The notes under the pieces were generated by a model. The model saw nothing but the letters and a program-made list of their open reading frames with translations. It was not told the DNA's origin and did no database searches. The translations under genes and the position numbers were made by a program. From NCBI GenBank assembly GCA_018818205.1, contig JAHISJ010000029.1, positions 1 through 62,133 of the forward strand: 62,133 nucleotides of DNA. Reading direction: 5' to 3'. Origin of the DNA: Patescibacteria group bacterium (GTDB lineage: Bacteria > Patescibacteriota > JABMPQ01 > JAHIRA01). Shown in pieces: positions 24,281-33,075 of this stretch (positions within the stretch are counted from its first letter, which is position 1; every line of letters begins with the position of its first letter).

Positions 24281-24859
24281 ATGTATAGAAGAAAAAATTC
24301 GTTGAGGCTGAAGAGATGGGATTATTCAAATAATGGGTGGTACTTTGTGACGATATTTGTGCAAAATGGTGTATTAATGTTTGGTGAAGTTGTAAGAGGG
24401 GTAATGGAATCAAATGAGTCCGGAAAATTGGTTTATCAAGCATGGAAAGAGTTGCCGAAAAGTTACCCCACAATAGCAATTGATGAGTTTGTAATTATGC
24501 CAAATCATATGCACGGCATAATAATTAATAAAAACCCCGTAGGGGAGCCCCTTGTGGGCACCCAACCCCGAAGCACCCAATCCCGAAGCACCCAATCCCG
24601 AAGCACCCAATTCATGGGCATCACCAAATCCCATAATCATTATAGTAATGTGAGCAATATCATTGGCGCATATAAATCAATCACAACGAATGGCTATATA
24701 CGTAATGTAAAACAGAATAATTGGAAACCATTCCAAAAAAGAATTTGGCAACGTTCCTTCCACGACCACATTATCCAAGACGAACCTGATTTACATCGGA
24801 TTCGTACCTATATTCAGAATAATCCTCAAAATTGGGAATGTGGTTGTGATGATCAATAA
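24281..24859 (+). CDS. REP-associated tyrosine transposase (RAYT, IS200/IS605 Y1 HUH family)
   Basis: YFVTIFVQN, the HUH motif MPNHMHGII, and C-terminal IWQRSFHDHIIQDE..L.RIRTYIQNNP. I chose the start at 24281; the longer ORF from 24131 reads through repeats. Confidence 0.85.
   Translation: MYRRKNSLRLKRWDYSNNGWYFVTIFVQNGVLMFGEVVRGVMESNESGKLVYQAWKELPKSYPTIAIDEFVIMPNHMHGIIINKNPVGEPLVGTQPRSTQSRSTQSRSTQFMGITKSHNHYSNVSNIIGAYKSITTNGYIRNVKQNNWKPFQKRIWQRSFHDHIIQDEPDLHRIRTYIQNNPQNWECGCDDQ
24537..24563 (+). repeat. REP copy inside the RAYT coding sequence
   Basis: CCGTAGGGGAGCCCCTTGTGGGCACCC encodes PVGEPLVGT in frame. Confidence 0.8.
24567..24611 (+). repeat. 3 x 15-bp perfect tandem repeat inside the RAYT CDS
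   Basis: CCCGAAGCACCCAAT repeated three times, in frame (RSTQS x3). Confidence 0.9.
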
Positions 24860-24872
24860 TGCAATAACAAAA

Positions 24873-24916
24873 GGGGTGCCCACAAGAAAAGGGGTGCCCA
24901 CAAGGGGCACCCCTAC
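24873..24916 (-). repeat. REP half-copy + full REP in inverted orientation downstream of RAYT
   Basis: GGGGTGCCCACAAG, then GGGGTGCCCACAAGGGGCACCCCTAC, which is the reverse complement of the 24213-24237 type. Confidence 0.85.
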
Positions 24917-24930
24917 GTAAAAAACGATTT

Positions 24931-25017
24931 TGGTGGGCGAGAGAGGACTCGAACCTCCACGGCATATAATGCCACTAGCTCCTAAGGCTAGCGTGTCTAC
25001 CATTTCACCACTCGCCC
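24931..25017 (-). tRNA. tRNA-Leu (TAG), type II
   Basis: Acceptor GGGCGAG/CTCGCCC, anticodon stem CTAGC/GCTAG with loop CTTAGGA, a long variable arm, and T arm GGAGG-TTCGAGT-CCTCT. CCA is encoded. Confidence 0.9.
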
Positions 25018-25027
25018 TTCGCTCTGA

Positions 25028-25049
25028 TGCCCCTTGTGGGCGTCCGTAC
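25028..25049 (+). repeat. Partial REP next to the 5' end of tRNA-Leu(TAG)
   Basis: TGCCCCTTGTGGGCGTCCGTAC. Confidence 0.6.
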
Positions 25050-25243
25050 AAGTGTGAACGTGAGTATAACATAGAAAATTCTGTAGTTCAATAAAATCGA
25101 CCCATTTTGTCTTGTTTGAGGGATAAAATGAGTGAAATCTATTGACAAAAACACAAAAACGTGCTAAGATGTAGTGCTTGTACAATAGGAATATGCCTGT
25201 TCTATAAGCGTAATCGCACTTTTTTTAGTCATAAGGAGGAATT

Positions 25244-26869
25244 ATGGCGAAAAACCGTCAAAGCCAGCAGAAAGCTGGTGGGAGTCAGGGCCAACAGAAT
25301 GGTCCAGATTCCGAAAAGATTAAGGCAAGAATTGAGGAAGAAAAACGCTTCAAAAAGTTGAAGACACAATTGTTGATAGTTAGACGCACTTCTGATCAAG
25401 AGCGTGCGTTTAATGCGATCGTGGAATTTGATGATGTTTTTCCTGAGCTTGAATCTGCCGATCAGGCTTTTCTTATTCAGGTGGCTGGCCTTGATCAGCC
25501 GCAGGGTGGTGGTCAGGGGCAGGCACAGCAGCCGTCTCCAAATCAACCCTCTCCAGATTTATCAATTGAATACTATGAAGGCTTGAAGAAAGTTGCGTTA
25601 CAAGACCTTGAGGATGAGGATGATGTTGAGAGTGCGCACCAAGCTTCTCATGAGATTCTTGGTGTTCCTGAATTTGTAACAGCGCTTAAATCTGAGGAGA
25701 AAATTGCTCGCAAGAAAATTGAGCGTCGTGCCACCACCGCGTGGAAAGACGCAAAATTGAACAGCTTTTCTTTTAAAGCTGTTAAGTTCATTAATGCTGG
25801 TAGAAAGTTGAAATTCGTTGTTGAAAAATGGCCGCACATCTTGAGTGGTCTTTTTGGAAGTGTTGGCTTTATTGCCCTGCTTTCCAGCGCATTTTTCTTG
25901 TTGATAGTCATTGCATTGATCCTATTTGTAATTTGGTCGCACAATCCTATTCGTGACGCATCGATGCCGCTTAGGACGTTAAAGTCCTTTGGAATTCGTG
26001 GCTTCATGATCATTTTGCTCTTCTCCTTCTCGTCGCAGGCAAAACGCATTACAGGCGAGAAGGCAAACAAGACTTCCTGCTCAGGATGTTTTGTTAGTAA
26101 AATTGGTGACAATGCTGTTGAAGGGTGTAGAGGTTGCGCGGGATGTCGCGTTGAGCGACCTAGGGTTCCTGCGTGGCAGCAGAGGCGGAATGTACCGCTT
26201 CAGCCTACTTATGGACGCCCGAACGTTCCATTGCAACCAATGCCTGGTCAAGCAACCCCGCGGCCGCAGGTTCGTATGCCTCCAGTGTATTCAAAATGGA
26301 GTTGCGCGCAATTGGTGAACAGATTCCAACGGATTCCCGTGGGGAGTTATAGCAAGACAGTTCAGCTTATTGGATGTGAATCCAAGACGCACGTTCTGAG
26401 CTTGCGCCCCCGCTGGACATTGATTGTGCAGCATGTTGTTAATGGAGTTACTCTTCGCGATGCGACTGACCCGTCCAAGGACAGGTTTATGTCTATGTGG
26501 GGCAGGGATCTTAAAAAGGGTGAGAAGAAAGAGGACTTTCCATATCCTCAGTTCAAACCCGAGTCACTTGTTGTGTTGTTCAATAGGAAGCCGATCAAGA
26601 CCTTTACAAAAGGTGAACGGAGGTTTTTTGTCACTAACCTGACCGGTAAAGCGGTTAAGGTGAGTTTGGCGGAGAATGTTCCGAAGGAGTGGCTTTCACG
26701 AATTGGCACACTTAAAGGTGATGTTTGGACAATCACCCTTAAACTAACCCTTAAGAGTTCTTCAGAAAGGATCCTCGATCCTGATGTAGAGCTTGATACG
26801 CCCAAAAAGAAATCGCGCGTAAAAAAGAAGCGACGCCGTCGCAAAAGGAGGAAGAGGCGACGCCGCTAA
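25244..26869 (+). CDS. Membrane protein of unknown function with a Cys cluster and a poly-Arg/Lys C-terminal tail
   Basis: An AAGGAGG SD is present. The N-terminal region is acidic and Q-rich, followed by two or three TM helices (FGSVGFIALLSSAFFLLIVIALILFVIW; FMIILLFSFS). It contains CSGC...CRGCAGC and ends in KKKSRVKKKRRRRKRRKRRRR. Confidence 0.6.
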   Translation: MAKNRQSQQKAGGSQGQQNGPDSEKIKARIEEEKRFKKLKTQLLIVRRTSDQERAFNAIVEFDDVFPELESADQAFLIQVAGLDQPQGGGQGQAQQPSPNQPSPDLSIEYYEGLKKVALQDLEDEDDVESAHQASHEILGVPEFVTALKSEEKIARKKIERRATTAWKDAKLNSFSFKAVKFINAGRKLKFVVEKWPHILSGLFGSVGFIALLSSAFFLLIVIALILFVIWSHNPIRDASMPLRTLKSFGIRGFMIILLFSFSSQAKRITGEKANKTSCSGCFVSKIGDNAVEGCRGCAGCRVERPRVPAWQQRRNVPLQPTYGRPNVPLQPMPGQATPRPQVRMPPVYSKWSCAQLVNRFQRIPVGSYSKTVQLIGCESKTHVLSLRPRWTLIVQHVVNGVTLRDATDPSKDRFMSMWGRDLKKGEKKEDFPYPQFKPESLVVLFNRKPIKTFTKGERRFFVTNLTGKAVKVSLAENVPKEWLSRIGTLKGDVWTITLKLTLKSSSERILDPDVELDTPKKKSRVKKKRRRRKRRKRRRR

Positions 26870-26942
26870 TTAAAAAAACACGAGAGTCCACCACTCTTCC
26901 AGACACTCGTGTTACATGAACCGGAAGGGAGAAAATACATAG

Positions 26943-26978
26943 AGAGCTTTAACGCGTAGCGCTTAAAGCTCTTTTTTT
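26943..26978 (+). terminator. Rho-independent terminator
   Basis: AGAGCTTTAACGC / GCGCTTAAAGCTCT stem followed by TTTTTT. Confidence 0.7.
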
Positions 26979-27023
26979 AGCTTTAAAATATATTTGTTTT
27001 GGTTTTTACGATATAATACAACT

Positions 27024-28700
27024 ATGAATGATCATGCAGAAAAGTCAAAAAGAAAACTATTTGAGGTGGTACTTGTTTTAATACTTTGCATGCTTTTTAC
27101 ATTTATCCTCCAATTTTCGTTTAGCGATTTAATAGGCGTAGATGGCTATTATCATATTGCCATGGCGGATCTTATGAGAGATCAAGGCCTTACCCTAAAT
27201 GGGAGCAGCTTTCCCTATTTGTACTTAACGACACTCAAAGACAATTTTGCTGACCAGCATTTTTTGTATCATGTATTGCTTATCCCCTTCACCTATCTTG
27301 GATTACTCTTTGGTGCGAAGGTTGCCGCCGCTTTTTTTGCAGGCCTTGCCTTTTTTAGTGTCTATCTTCTTCTTAGAGTTCTAACGGGAAAACATGCGTG
27401 GTGGCTTATTCTCTTCTTTCCGCTTCTTTCATCAGGGTTTTTATTCAGAATGTTTTTGCCGCGAGCTCCTGCAGTGTCGCTTGCGTGCATGCTTTTGCTT
27501 ATTGCACTTCAGCTTGTCTACACAACAAAAAAACAGTCCCGAGGGTTTCTTGCTTTGCTCAGTATTGGCTCATTCTTTTTTGTGTGGCTCTATGGAGGAT
27601 TTGTGTTGTTTGGCGTGTGGTGTGTAATGTATACAGCCGTGTCACTTTTGGTGTCATTTTTTTCAAAGTCTTACACATCATTTAAACGTGTACTCAAAAG
27701 CTCAGTCGCCGTTTTCCTTGGATTTATTGTTGGGCTTTTGCTGCACCCCTTTTTCCCGGAAATACTACAATTTTTGCATATTCAGATTTTTAAAACAGGG
27801 ACAATGGCATCAATTCCTGTTGGAGGAGAGTGGAGCTCGTATGATTTTAACGGGTTTGTCTCAAATAATGGTATAGCTTTGCTTATATTTATGCTGGGAC
27901 TTATTGCTTTAGCTATAAATGTAGTTGCTGCTTGTGTTATTCACAAAATGAGGTTAGATGGTGAGTTTACGAAGAGTGGGACACTCTATTGGTTCAGGCT
28001 TTCTGGGGCAGGAAGAAGCGTAATAGTGAGCTTGGGACTATTTTCATTTCTCCTGTTTATTATGACGCTCGTGTCAAAACGGTATGTGGAGTACTTTGTG
28101 CCATTTGCGTTTGTTTTCTTTTGTGCACAGTTTGTATACTTTATTCCGCTCATTAAAAACGGCATAAAAAAAGGTGTATCTATACTACCAAAAAAGGTAA
28201 GATCGATACTTTCTAAAAAAAGTGTATGGGGAGGGAGTGTCTTTGTTATCTTGCTAGCGTGTGGCATTTTCTTGTATCAATACACGAGCATTTACGCATT
28301 TTATACGAGTGCCGTAGAGAATACTAACGAGAGGCCATATAGTTACATGGAAGAAATCACCCAGTATACGCTTGAGCATATTCCAGAAGGCGAGATTATT
28401 TTTAATGTTTCATGGGACGATTTCCCCGCGTTGTTTATGGGTGATCGTAAGCACTTGTATGTTTGGGGTCTTGATCCATTGTTTTTGTATGAACATGATC
28501 CTCGGCTGTATGAGCAGGGTAAGCTGGTGTGGGATGTGGAGGATCCGGATATGCTTAAGGAGATAATTACGCAGGATTTTAGGAGTACGTATATTTATGT
28601 TAATAGGCGCGATGAAAAGTTAATACAAACGCTTGATAGTCGGCGGGAATTTAAGAGACTTGTGGGGAATGAGGCGGGAGTGCTGTATGAGGTTTTGTAG
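27024..28700 (+). CDS. Polytopic membrane protein, GT-C-like (putative glycosyltransferase)
   Basis: About 12 hydrophobic helices with an early GVDGYYHIAMADL loop and a soluble C-terminal domain. The family assignment is by architecture only. Confidence 0.55.
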   Translation: MNDHAEKSKRKLFEVVLVLILCMLFTFILQFSFSDLIGVDGYYHIAMADLMRDQGLTLNGSSFPYLYLTTLKDNFADQHFLYHVLLIPFTYLGLLFGAKVAAAFFAGLAFFSVYLLLRVLTGKHAWWLILFFPLLSSGFLFRMFLPRAPAVSLACMLLLIALQLVYTTKKQSRGFLALLSIGSFFFVWLYGGFVLFGVWCVMYTAVSLLVSFFSKSYTSFKRVLKSSVAVFLGFIVGLLLHPFFPEILQFLHIQIFKTGTMASIPVGGEWSSYDFNGFVSNNGIALLIFMLGLIALAINVVAACVIHKMRLDGEFTKSGTLYWFRLSGAGRSVIVSLGLFSFLLFIMTLVSKRYVEYFVPFAFVFFCAQFVYFIPLIKNGIKKGVSILPKKVRSILSKKSVWGGSVFVILLACGIFLYQYTSIYAFYTSAVENTNERPYSYMEEITQYTLEHIPEGEIIFNVSWDDFPALFMGDRKHLYVWGLDPLFLYEHDPRLYEQGKLVWDVEDPDMLKEIITQDFRSTYIYVNRRDEKLIQTLDSRREFKRLVGNEAGVLYEVL

Positions 28701-30351
28701 GCGAGATTTTTGTCTTGTACACCACAAACTGCTCATTCTCAAACACCTTTTTAACAAAATCCACCGAATCAAAATCAAACCTATGGTACTTATCTGCCGC
28801 TTTTTCTATAAGTAGATACTCTATGGAACCATCAATGAGAAATTGCTTTTTCCACGGAATATTGTTTTGAAACGTCCAAAATGCAAAAATCTCTTGTTCT
28901 TTCTTTGCATAATTAATCGTTTGATGATCATTCCCGCTGTAGACTCGCTTAAAAATAATGCCGGGGATGAGTTGATCGTATCCGGGTGACGCAAGAATAT
29001 GCTCAGAGTCTCTGACATTTTTTTCTAAATAAGTAAAAACATCTTGCTCGTTTTTGTTCAGGAAATAGGCAAACTCTTTTTTTGAAAAATCATGAATTTG
29101 AAAAAAAGTAATATACAGCGGTGTAAGAAAGAGAGCTATGCTAAGGACACTCAGAAGAACACCTTGGTAGATAGTTGCGGCTGTTTTTCGTTTAAAAATT
29201 CCACTTTTTTGATACAGGGCAATGATTGCATAGGTGGATAGAATGCCAAGGGGAACAGAAATACCCTGAAACAGTTTTCTTTGAAACGGAAGCGGAGAAA
29301 ACGCAAGAATAAAGCAAGGTATAGCCCAAAACGCAAGAAAAATAAGTCGATAGTTACTTGTTTTTGCTGCCCTATATGATCCATAGAGTGCGAGTGGAAT
29401 GAGTGCACCAAAACCAATAAGTGTGGGGAACAGGTACGACGTTATTACTTTGTTTTGCATAGCCCACCCACCAAGCACCGGGTCAGTGTTAAAGAGAATG
29501 TAGAAGTAACTTGCGCATACTGCAAAAACAAAAAATATAAGCAGCAGTCTATATACATAACGAGGTTGCAGTCGTTTTTTTACAATAAAAGTGAAAAGAA
29601 CATAGAGAGTAGCCACTACGGTAATAGTGATAAGGTCATAGATATGCATTAAGCCTAATGTAGCTGCGGAAGTACCAAGAAAAAAGTACCCCCAAAAGGA
29701 CTCAGTTCTTCTTAGAAAAAGCCAAAAGATACTGAGCATAAGAGTAAGCGAAAGGGAAAACAATGCGGAATGTGAGAGAATGGAAAAGGTAAAGGCTTCA
29801 GAAATAACCATGTCTATCGGGTAAAATAGTCCCTGTCTGATTGGGATATTCTGAGAGATGTACGTGATGTAGGGCAAGGCAAAAAATGATATTCCCGCGC
29901 TCAGTGTGGTAACAACCAGAGCGATTTTTCTGTGCTTTTTGTTTTTAAAAAAGTATGCAATAAAGCAGTATAGCATCAAAATGCAGAGCAATCCCGAGAC
30001 AATTTTAGCAAGCTCAAATATAGTATGAGACTCAAGGTTGTTTACACTCGCAATCTTGCCAAGGAGCAACCACAGTGGTGAGAAGTATACTCCTGCATGT
30101 GGCTCTGAGGTAAAGAAGTTTTGGAAAAGAAACGCGCCGTTTTTAGATTGCTCAATGAGGTTGTAGTAGATGATGTAGTCCGCAGGTGAGGCATTAAGAA
30201 GATGCGTATAGTGAGCGCTTGAAGATGATATGTATGTTCCGTAGAAGTAGGGGATCTCTAAAAAGAGTATGATGACTATACCAAAAAGCAGCGCAAAGAG
30301 GAGTTCTTTAGTGGAGACTGATTTTTTGAATGAAGTGAGGAAGTTTTTCAT
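28651..30351 (-). CDS. Polytopic membrane protein, GT-C-like (putative glycosyltransferase)
   Basis: Many TM helices plus a C-terminal soluble domain. It is convergent with the previous gene and overlaps its 3' end by 50 nt. I chose the ATG at 30351. Confidence 0.55.
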   Translation of the reverse strand: MKNFLTSFKKSVSTKELLFALLFGIVIILFLEIPYFYGTYISSSSAHYTHLLNASPADYIIYYNLIEQSKNGAFLFQNFFTSEPHAGVYFSPLWLLLGKIASVNNLESHTIFELAKIVSGLLCILMLYCFIAYFFKNKKHRKIALVVTTLSAGISFFALPYITYISQNIPIRQGLFYPIDMVISEAFTFSILSHSALFSLSLTLMLSIFWLFLRRTESFWGYFFLGTSAATLGLMHIYDLITITVVATLYVLFTFIVKKRLQPRYVYRLLLIFFVFAVCASYFYILFNTDPVLGGWAMQNKVITSYLFPTLIGFGALIPLALYGSYRAAKTSNYRLIFLAFWAIPCFILAFSPLPFQRKLFQGISVPLGILSTYAIIALYQKSGIFKRKTAATIYQGVLLSVLSIALFLTPLYITFFQIHDFSKKEFAYFLNKNEQDVFTYLEKNVRDSEHILASPGYDQLIPGIIFKRVYSGNDHQTINYAKKEQEIFAFWTFQNNIPWKKQFLIDGSIEYLLIEKAADKYHRFDFDSVDFVKKVFENEQFVVYKTKISPTKPHTALPPHSPQVS

Positions 30352-30371
30352 GACGGTGTACTTGCTCAAAT

Positions 30372-30478
30372 GTTATCCCGGAATCTCGCTTCTGAGTGAG
30401 ATATCCGGGATCTCGTGGATTAGCCTGTAAGCGTTGAGATCCCGGATCAGTCTTCGAAAAAGCCTGTCCGGGATGACA
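30372..30478 (-). repeat. MITE-like double-hairpin repeat (long copy)
   Basis: Its reverse complement aligns over about 105 nt with 47686-47791 (GTCATCCCGGACAG...CCGGGAT...CTTACAGG...CGAGATCCCGGATATC...). Confidence 0.8.
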
Positions 30479-30569
30479 TATTGTTGAGAAATAGTTATTG
30501 ATATCCCTTAACCATACAAAAAAACAGGCCACTCGCGCAACCTGCTTTTTTGTATTCTCTTTGATTTCT

Positions 30570-30971
30570 TTAGAATGCGGAACCAGTCGTTTCACTTGCA
30601 AACAATGCGTTTACAATGTAATCCGTTGCAATGAACGCAACGACGATGATGACCGTACCAATGATGGCATAGATCATAATCTTCTTCCCTGTTTCTACAC
30701 GTTCGTCATTACCCGCTGATGTTGCGTACATCACACCTCCGTAGACAAACATGGCAACGAGGATGATGCCAACGAGACCCAATATCCATTTAACAATTGT
30801 CGCAACAAATGTTGGCAGATCTCCACCTCTCAGCCCCGAATACTTTTGGACAGTATTGAGTGAGTTACTAATTGATGGTGCAGTCGTAGCAAGTGCTGTC
30901 GGAGCTACGAGTGCAAAACCAAATACTGCAATAAGTGCAATGGCAATAACTTTGATATATGATTTATTCAT
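30570..30971 (-). CDS. T4SS-pilin family (TrbC/VirB2-like) protein, minimal form
   Basis: Signal peptide, then the shared block VYGGVMYATSAGNDERVETGKKIMIYAIIGTVIIVVAF flanked by two hydrophobic helices. Confidence 0.75.
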   Translation of the reverse strand: MNKSYIKVIAIALIAVFGFALVAPTALATTAPSISNSLNTVQKYSGLRGGDLPTFVATIVKWILGLVGIILVAMFVYGGVMYATSAGNDERVETGKKIMIYAIIGTVIIVVAFIATDYIVNALFASETTGSAF

Positions 30972-31090
30972 GTTGTCACCTCCCTTCAGCTAGGGTTAGC
31001 TTATTATTTTTTTAAACTTAGAAATAGTATAGCATACTTTCAGTAAAATGCGAAGATTTGTCAAGTTGAATACAGATAATTGTGGAAAAC

Positions 31091-31951
31091 TTATTTTTGT
31101 TTGCAAATCCCATCTGCTGCGCCACCTAAAATTTCATCGTATAATGAAACATTTTCCTGCTTTTCACATGTAAGTGGAGATACACAGCCGTGATTTGAAA
31201 TAGTCTCGCTGGCGCTTATTGAAGAGGTACTGCATTTGTCATTCTCTTTAAGTAGACAATATTTTATAGGAGAATTTGGCGGCTGGAGACAGCGAGTATT
31301 TGGGTGACAGGTTTTACCTTCTACAAGGAAGGTACGTTTATACCGTTCGCACTGTTCAGAAGTCATGTCTTTACACTCTCCTCCACAGAGAGCATAGAGG
31401 GGTAATACGGCCTTCTGTTCTCCCGGTTGTTTCTGAGCATTTTCAGGCGTGTTTCCAGAACCTGATGATGGAAGAGTGCCACTGCCAGTATTCCCTGATT
31501 GGCTTGATTGATTTGCGTTTTGGGTGGGGCTTGAAGGGTCATTTTGCGTAGCAGCATTGGGGGTAAATACAGGCGTTTCTGTTGGGTCACTAAAGAGTGC
31601 ACCGGTTACATAACTTGCAATGAGAAATGCGGCAACGACAATAACCATACCAATAACGCCATATGTGATAATCTTTTTTCCAAGCTCTATGCGCTCTTGA
31701 CTGCCTGCTGACGTTGCATACGTTACTCCGCCATAAACCATAACGGCAAGAAGCACTACGGCAAGGGCCGCAAGTACCCATCTGATGATATTTCCAACAA
31801 AGACATCTGCTTTCTGGTTTGTAAGTCCCAGGTTAGTTACGTTTTTTAATCCAAAATCAGTAACGGCATGAGTCGCGGACGGAGCAAAAATAAGAACAAC
31901 AAGTGCTATAAGTAACAAACTGGTGCATAAAAATGTAACAACGGGCTTCAT
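31091..31951 (-). CDS. T4SS-pilin family protein with a C-terminal low-complexity + Cys-rich extension
   Basis: The pilin block is VYGGVTYATSAGSQERIELGKKIITYGVIGMVIVVAAF. A P/S/Q/N-rich linker and a Cys-containing tail follow. I chose the start at 31951. Confidence 0.7.
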   Translation of the reverse strand: MKPVVTFLCTSLLLIALVVLIFAPSATHAVTDFGLKNVTNLGLTNQKADVFVGNIIRWVLAALAVVLLAVMVYGGVTYATSAGSQERIELGKKIITYGVIGMVIVVAAFLIASYVTGALFSDPTETPVFTPNAATQNDPSSPTQNANQSSQSGNTGSGTLPSSGSGNTPENAQKQPGEQKAVLPLYALCGGECKDMTSEQCERYKRTFLVEGKTCHPNTRCLQPPNSPIKYCLLKENDKCSTSSISASETISNHGCVSPLTCEKQENVSLYDEILGGAADGICKQK

Positions 31952-31961
31952 CGTCAAAAAA

Positions 31962-32324
31962 TTATTTGGTAAGTGAACCGATAACAAATTCAGCAATGAT
32001 GCGCGCTGCCGCGACAACTGCAATACCTATGATAGCGTATGTGATGGTTTTCTTTGCGGAACCAACTCTCTCCTCGCTTCCCGCCGAGGTGAGATACAAT
32101 GTACCACCATACACCAGCATGGCGATTAATATTACGGCAAGGACCCCCGTTACTGCATTGATAATCTTAGTTACATACTCTGTAGGACTTGCTTTTGGAA
32201 GATCAGTCTTTGCTAGGAATCCTAAGCCAAAGTCTCCCGCCGCAGCTGCAGTCTCAGAAAAAACAAACAGGCCTATGCAGGCAAGAAGAACTACACTAAA
32301 AATCACAATACTCTTTTTGCTCAT
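31962..32324 (-). CDS. T4SS-pilin family protein, minimal form
   Basis: VYGGTLYLTSAGSEERVGSAKKTITYAIIGIAVVAAA. I chose the start at 32324 (MSKKSIVIF). Confidence 0.72.
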   Translation of the reverse strand: MSKKSIVIFSVVLLACIGLFVFSETAAAAGDFGLGFLAKTDLPKASPTEYVTKIINAVTGVLAVILIAMLVYGGTLYLTSAGSEERVGSAKKTITYAIIGIAVVAAARIIAEFVIGSLTK

Positions 32325-32380
32325 ACGTGTGTTTACTAGTGGGTGAAAATCACCCAAGTTTATAGGTAAGAAACAAACTA

Positions 32381-33037
32381 TTAACCAGCACCAAGCGCAC
32401 CCATAACAAACTTTATTATAGTATATGCACCAAGAGAAATAACAAGACCAATGATGCCGGCGGTAAGAGCGGATTTCCCTTTCTTTGCATTTTCTTCACT
32501 ACCACCAGACGTTGCGTACAGGAGTCCTCCATAAATAAATACCGCAGCGGCAACTACTGCAACAAAGCCTAAAATATAGTTGATAATCTTTACGATTAGA
32601 TCACCGATATTGGTAACACCAAGGGGGTTATCAAGAGTTACAGATGTTGTTTTTGTACCACCGGTGGTGGCTCCTGGTGTGGCAGCAGCATTGGTATTAC
32701 TTGATGCGGGTGTAGATGCACATGTGCCGTTTACACACTTGATGGTACCGCCGCATTCAGCATCTTTTGTACACGCTTTTTGTCCAGTTGCTGCTGGAGC
32801 AGTGGTACATACATCATTTACACAGGTTTCTCCAGTTTGACATTCATGATCTATTTGGCAAATTCCTCCACTGGGACCACAAGCTCCCTTTGTTCCACCA
32901 CTTGGTATGGTACACGATTGACCCCGAGAACATGCAGAGCTATCCGTGCATTCAACTGCATACGTTGTTGATGACACAAACAACAGACCACCTAAAAGGA
33001 AGGCAACGACTATGAATAACTTTATTACATTGTTCAT
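32381..33037 (-). CDS. T4SS-pilin family protein with an N-terminal Cys-rich repeat domain
   Basis: Signal peptide and three C-x3-[DS]-x-C-x2-G-x2-C-type modules precede IYGGLLYATSGGSEENAKKGKSALTAGIIGLVISLGAY. Confidence 0.72.
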   Translation of the reverse strand: MNNVIKLFIVVAFLLGGLLFVSSTTYAVECTDSSACSRGQSCTIPSGGTKGACGPSGGICQIDHECQTGETCVNDVCTTAPAATGQKACTKDAECGGTIKCVNGTCASTPASSNTNAAATPGATTGGTKTTSVTLDNPLGVTNIGDLIVKIINYILGFVAVVAAAVFIYGGLLYATSGGSEENAKKGKSALTAGIIGLVISLGAYTIIKFVMGALGAG

Positions 33038-33075
33038 TGAAAAAATATGTTATTTTATTTACCTAGCTTTTTATC

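Noticed and set aside
24771-25185. ORFs 24771-24965, 24791-25072 and 24997-25185.
   Set aside because: They are composed of REP sequence and the tRNA-Leu(TAG) gene. The GAPCG/PLVGTP-type peptides are the usual translation artefacts of REPs.
28651-28700. The 50-nt overlap of the two convergent GT-C-like genes as a regulatory antisense feature.
   Set aside because: The C-terminal residues of both ORFs are unconserved-looking, so either stop could simply be a late stop. There is no supporting structure, and the evidence is too weak to report.
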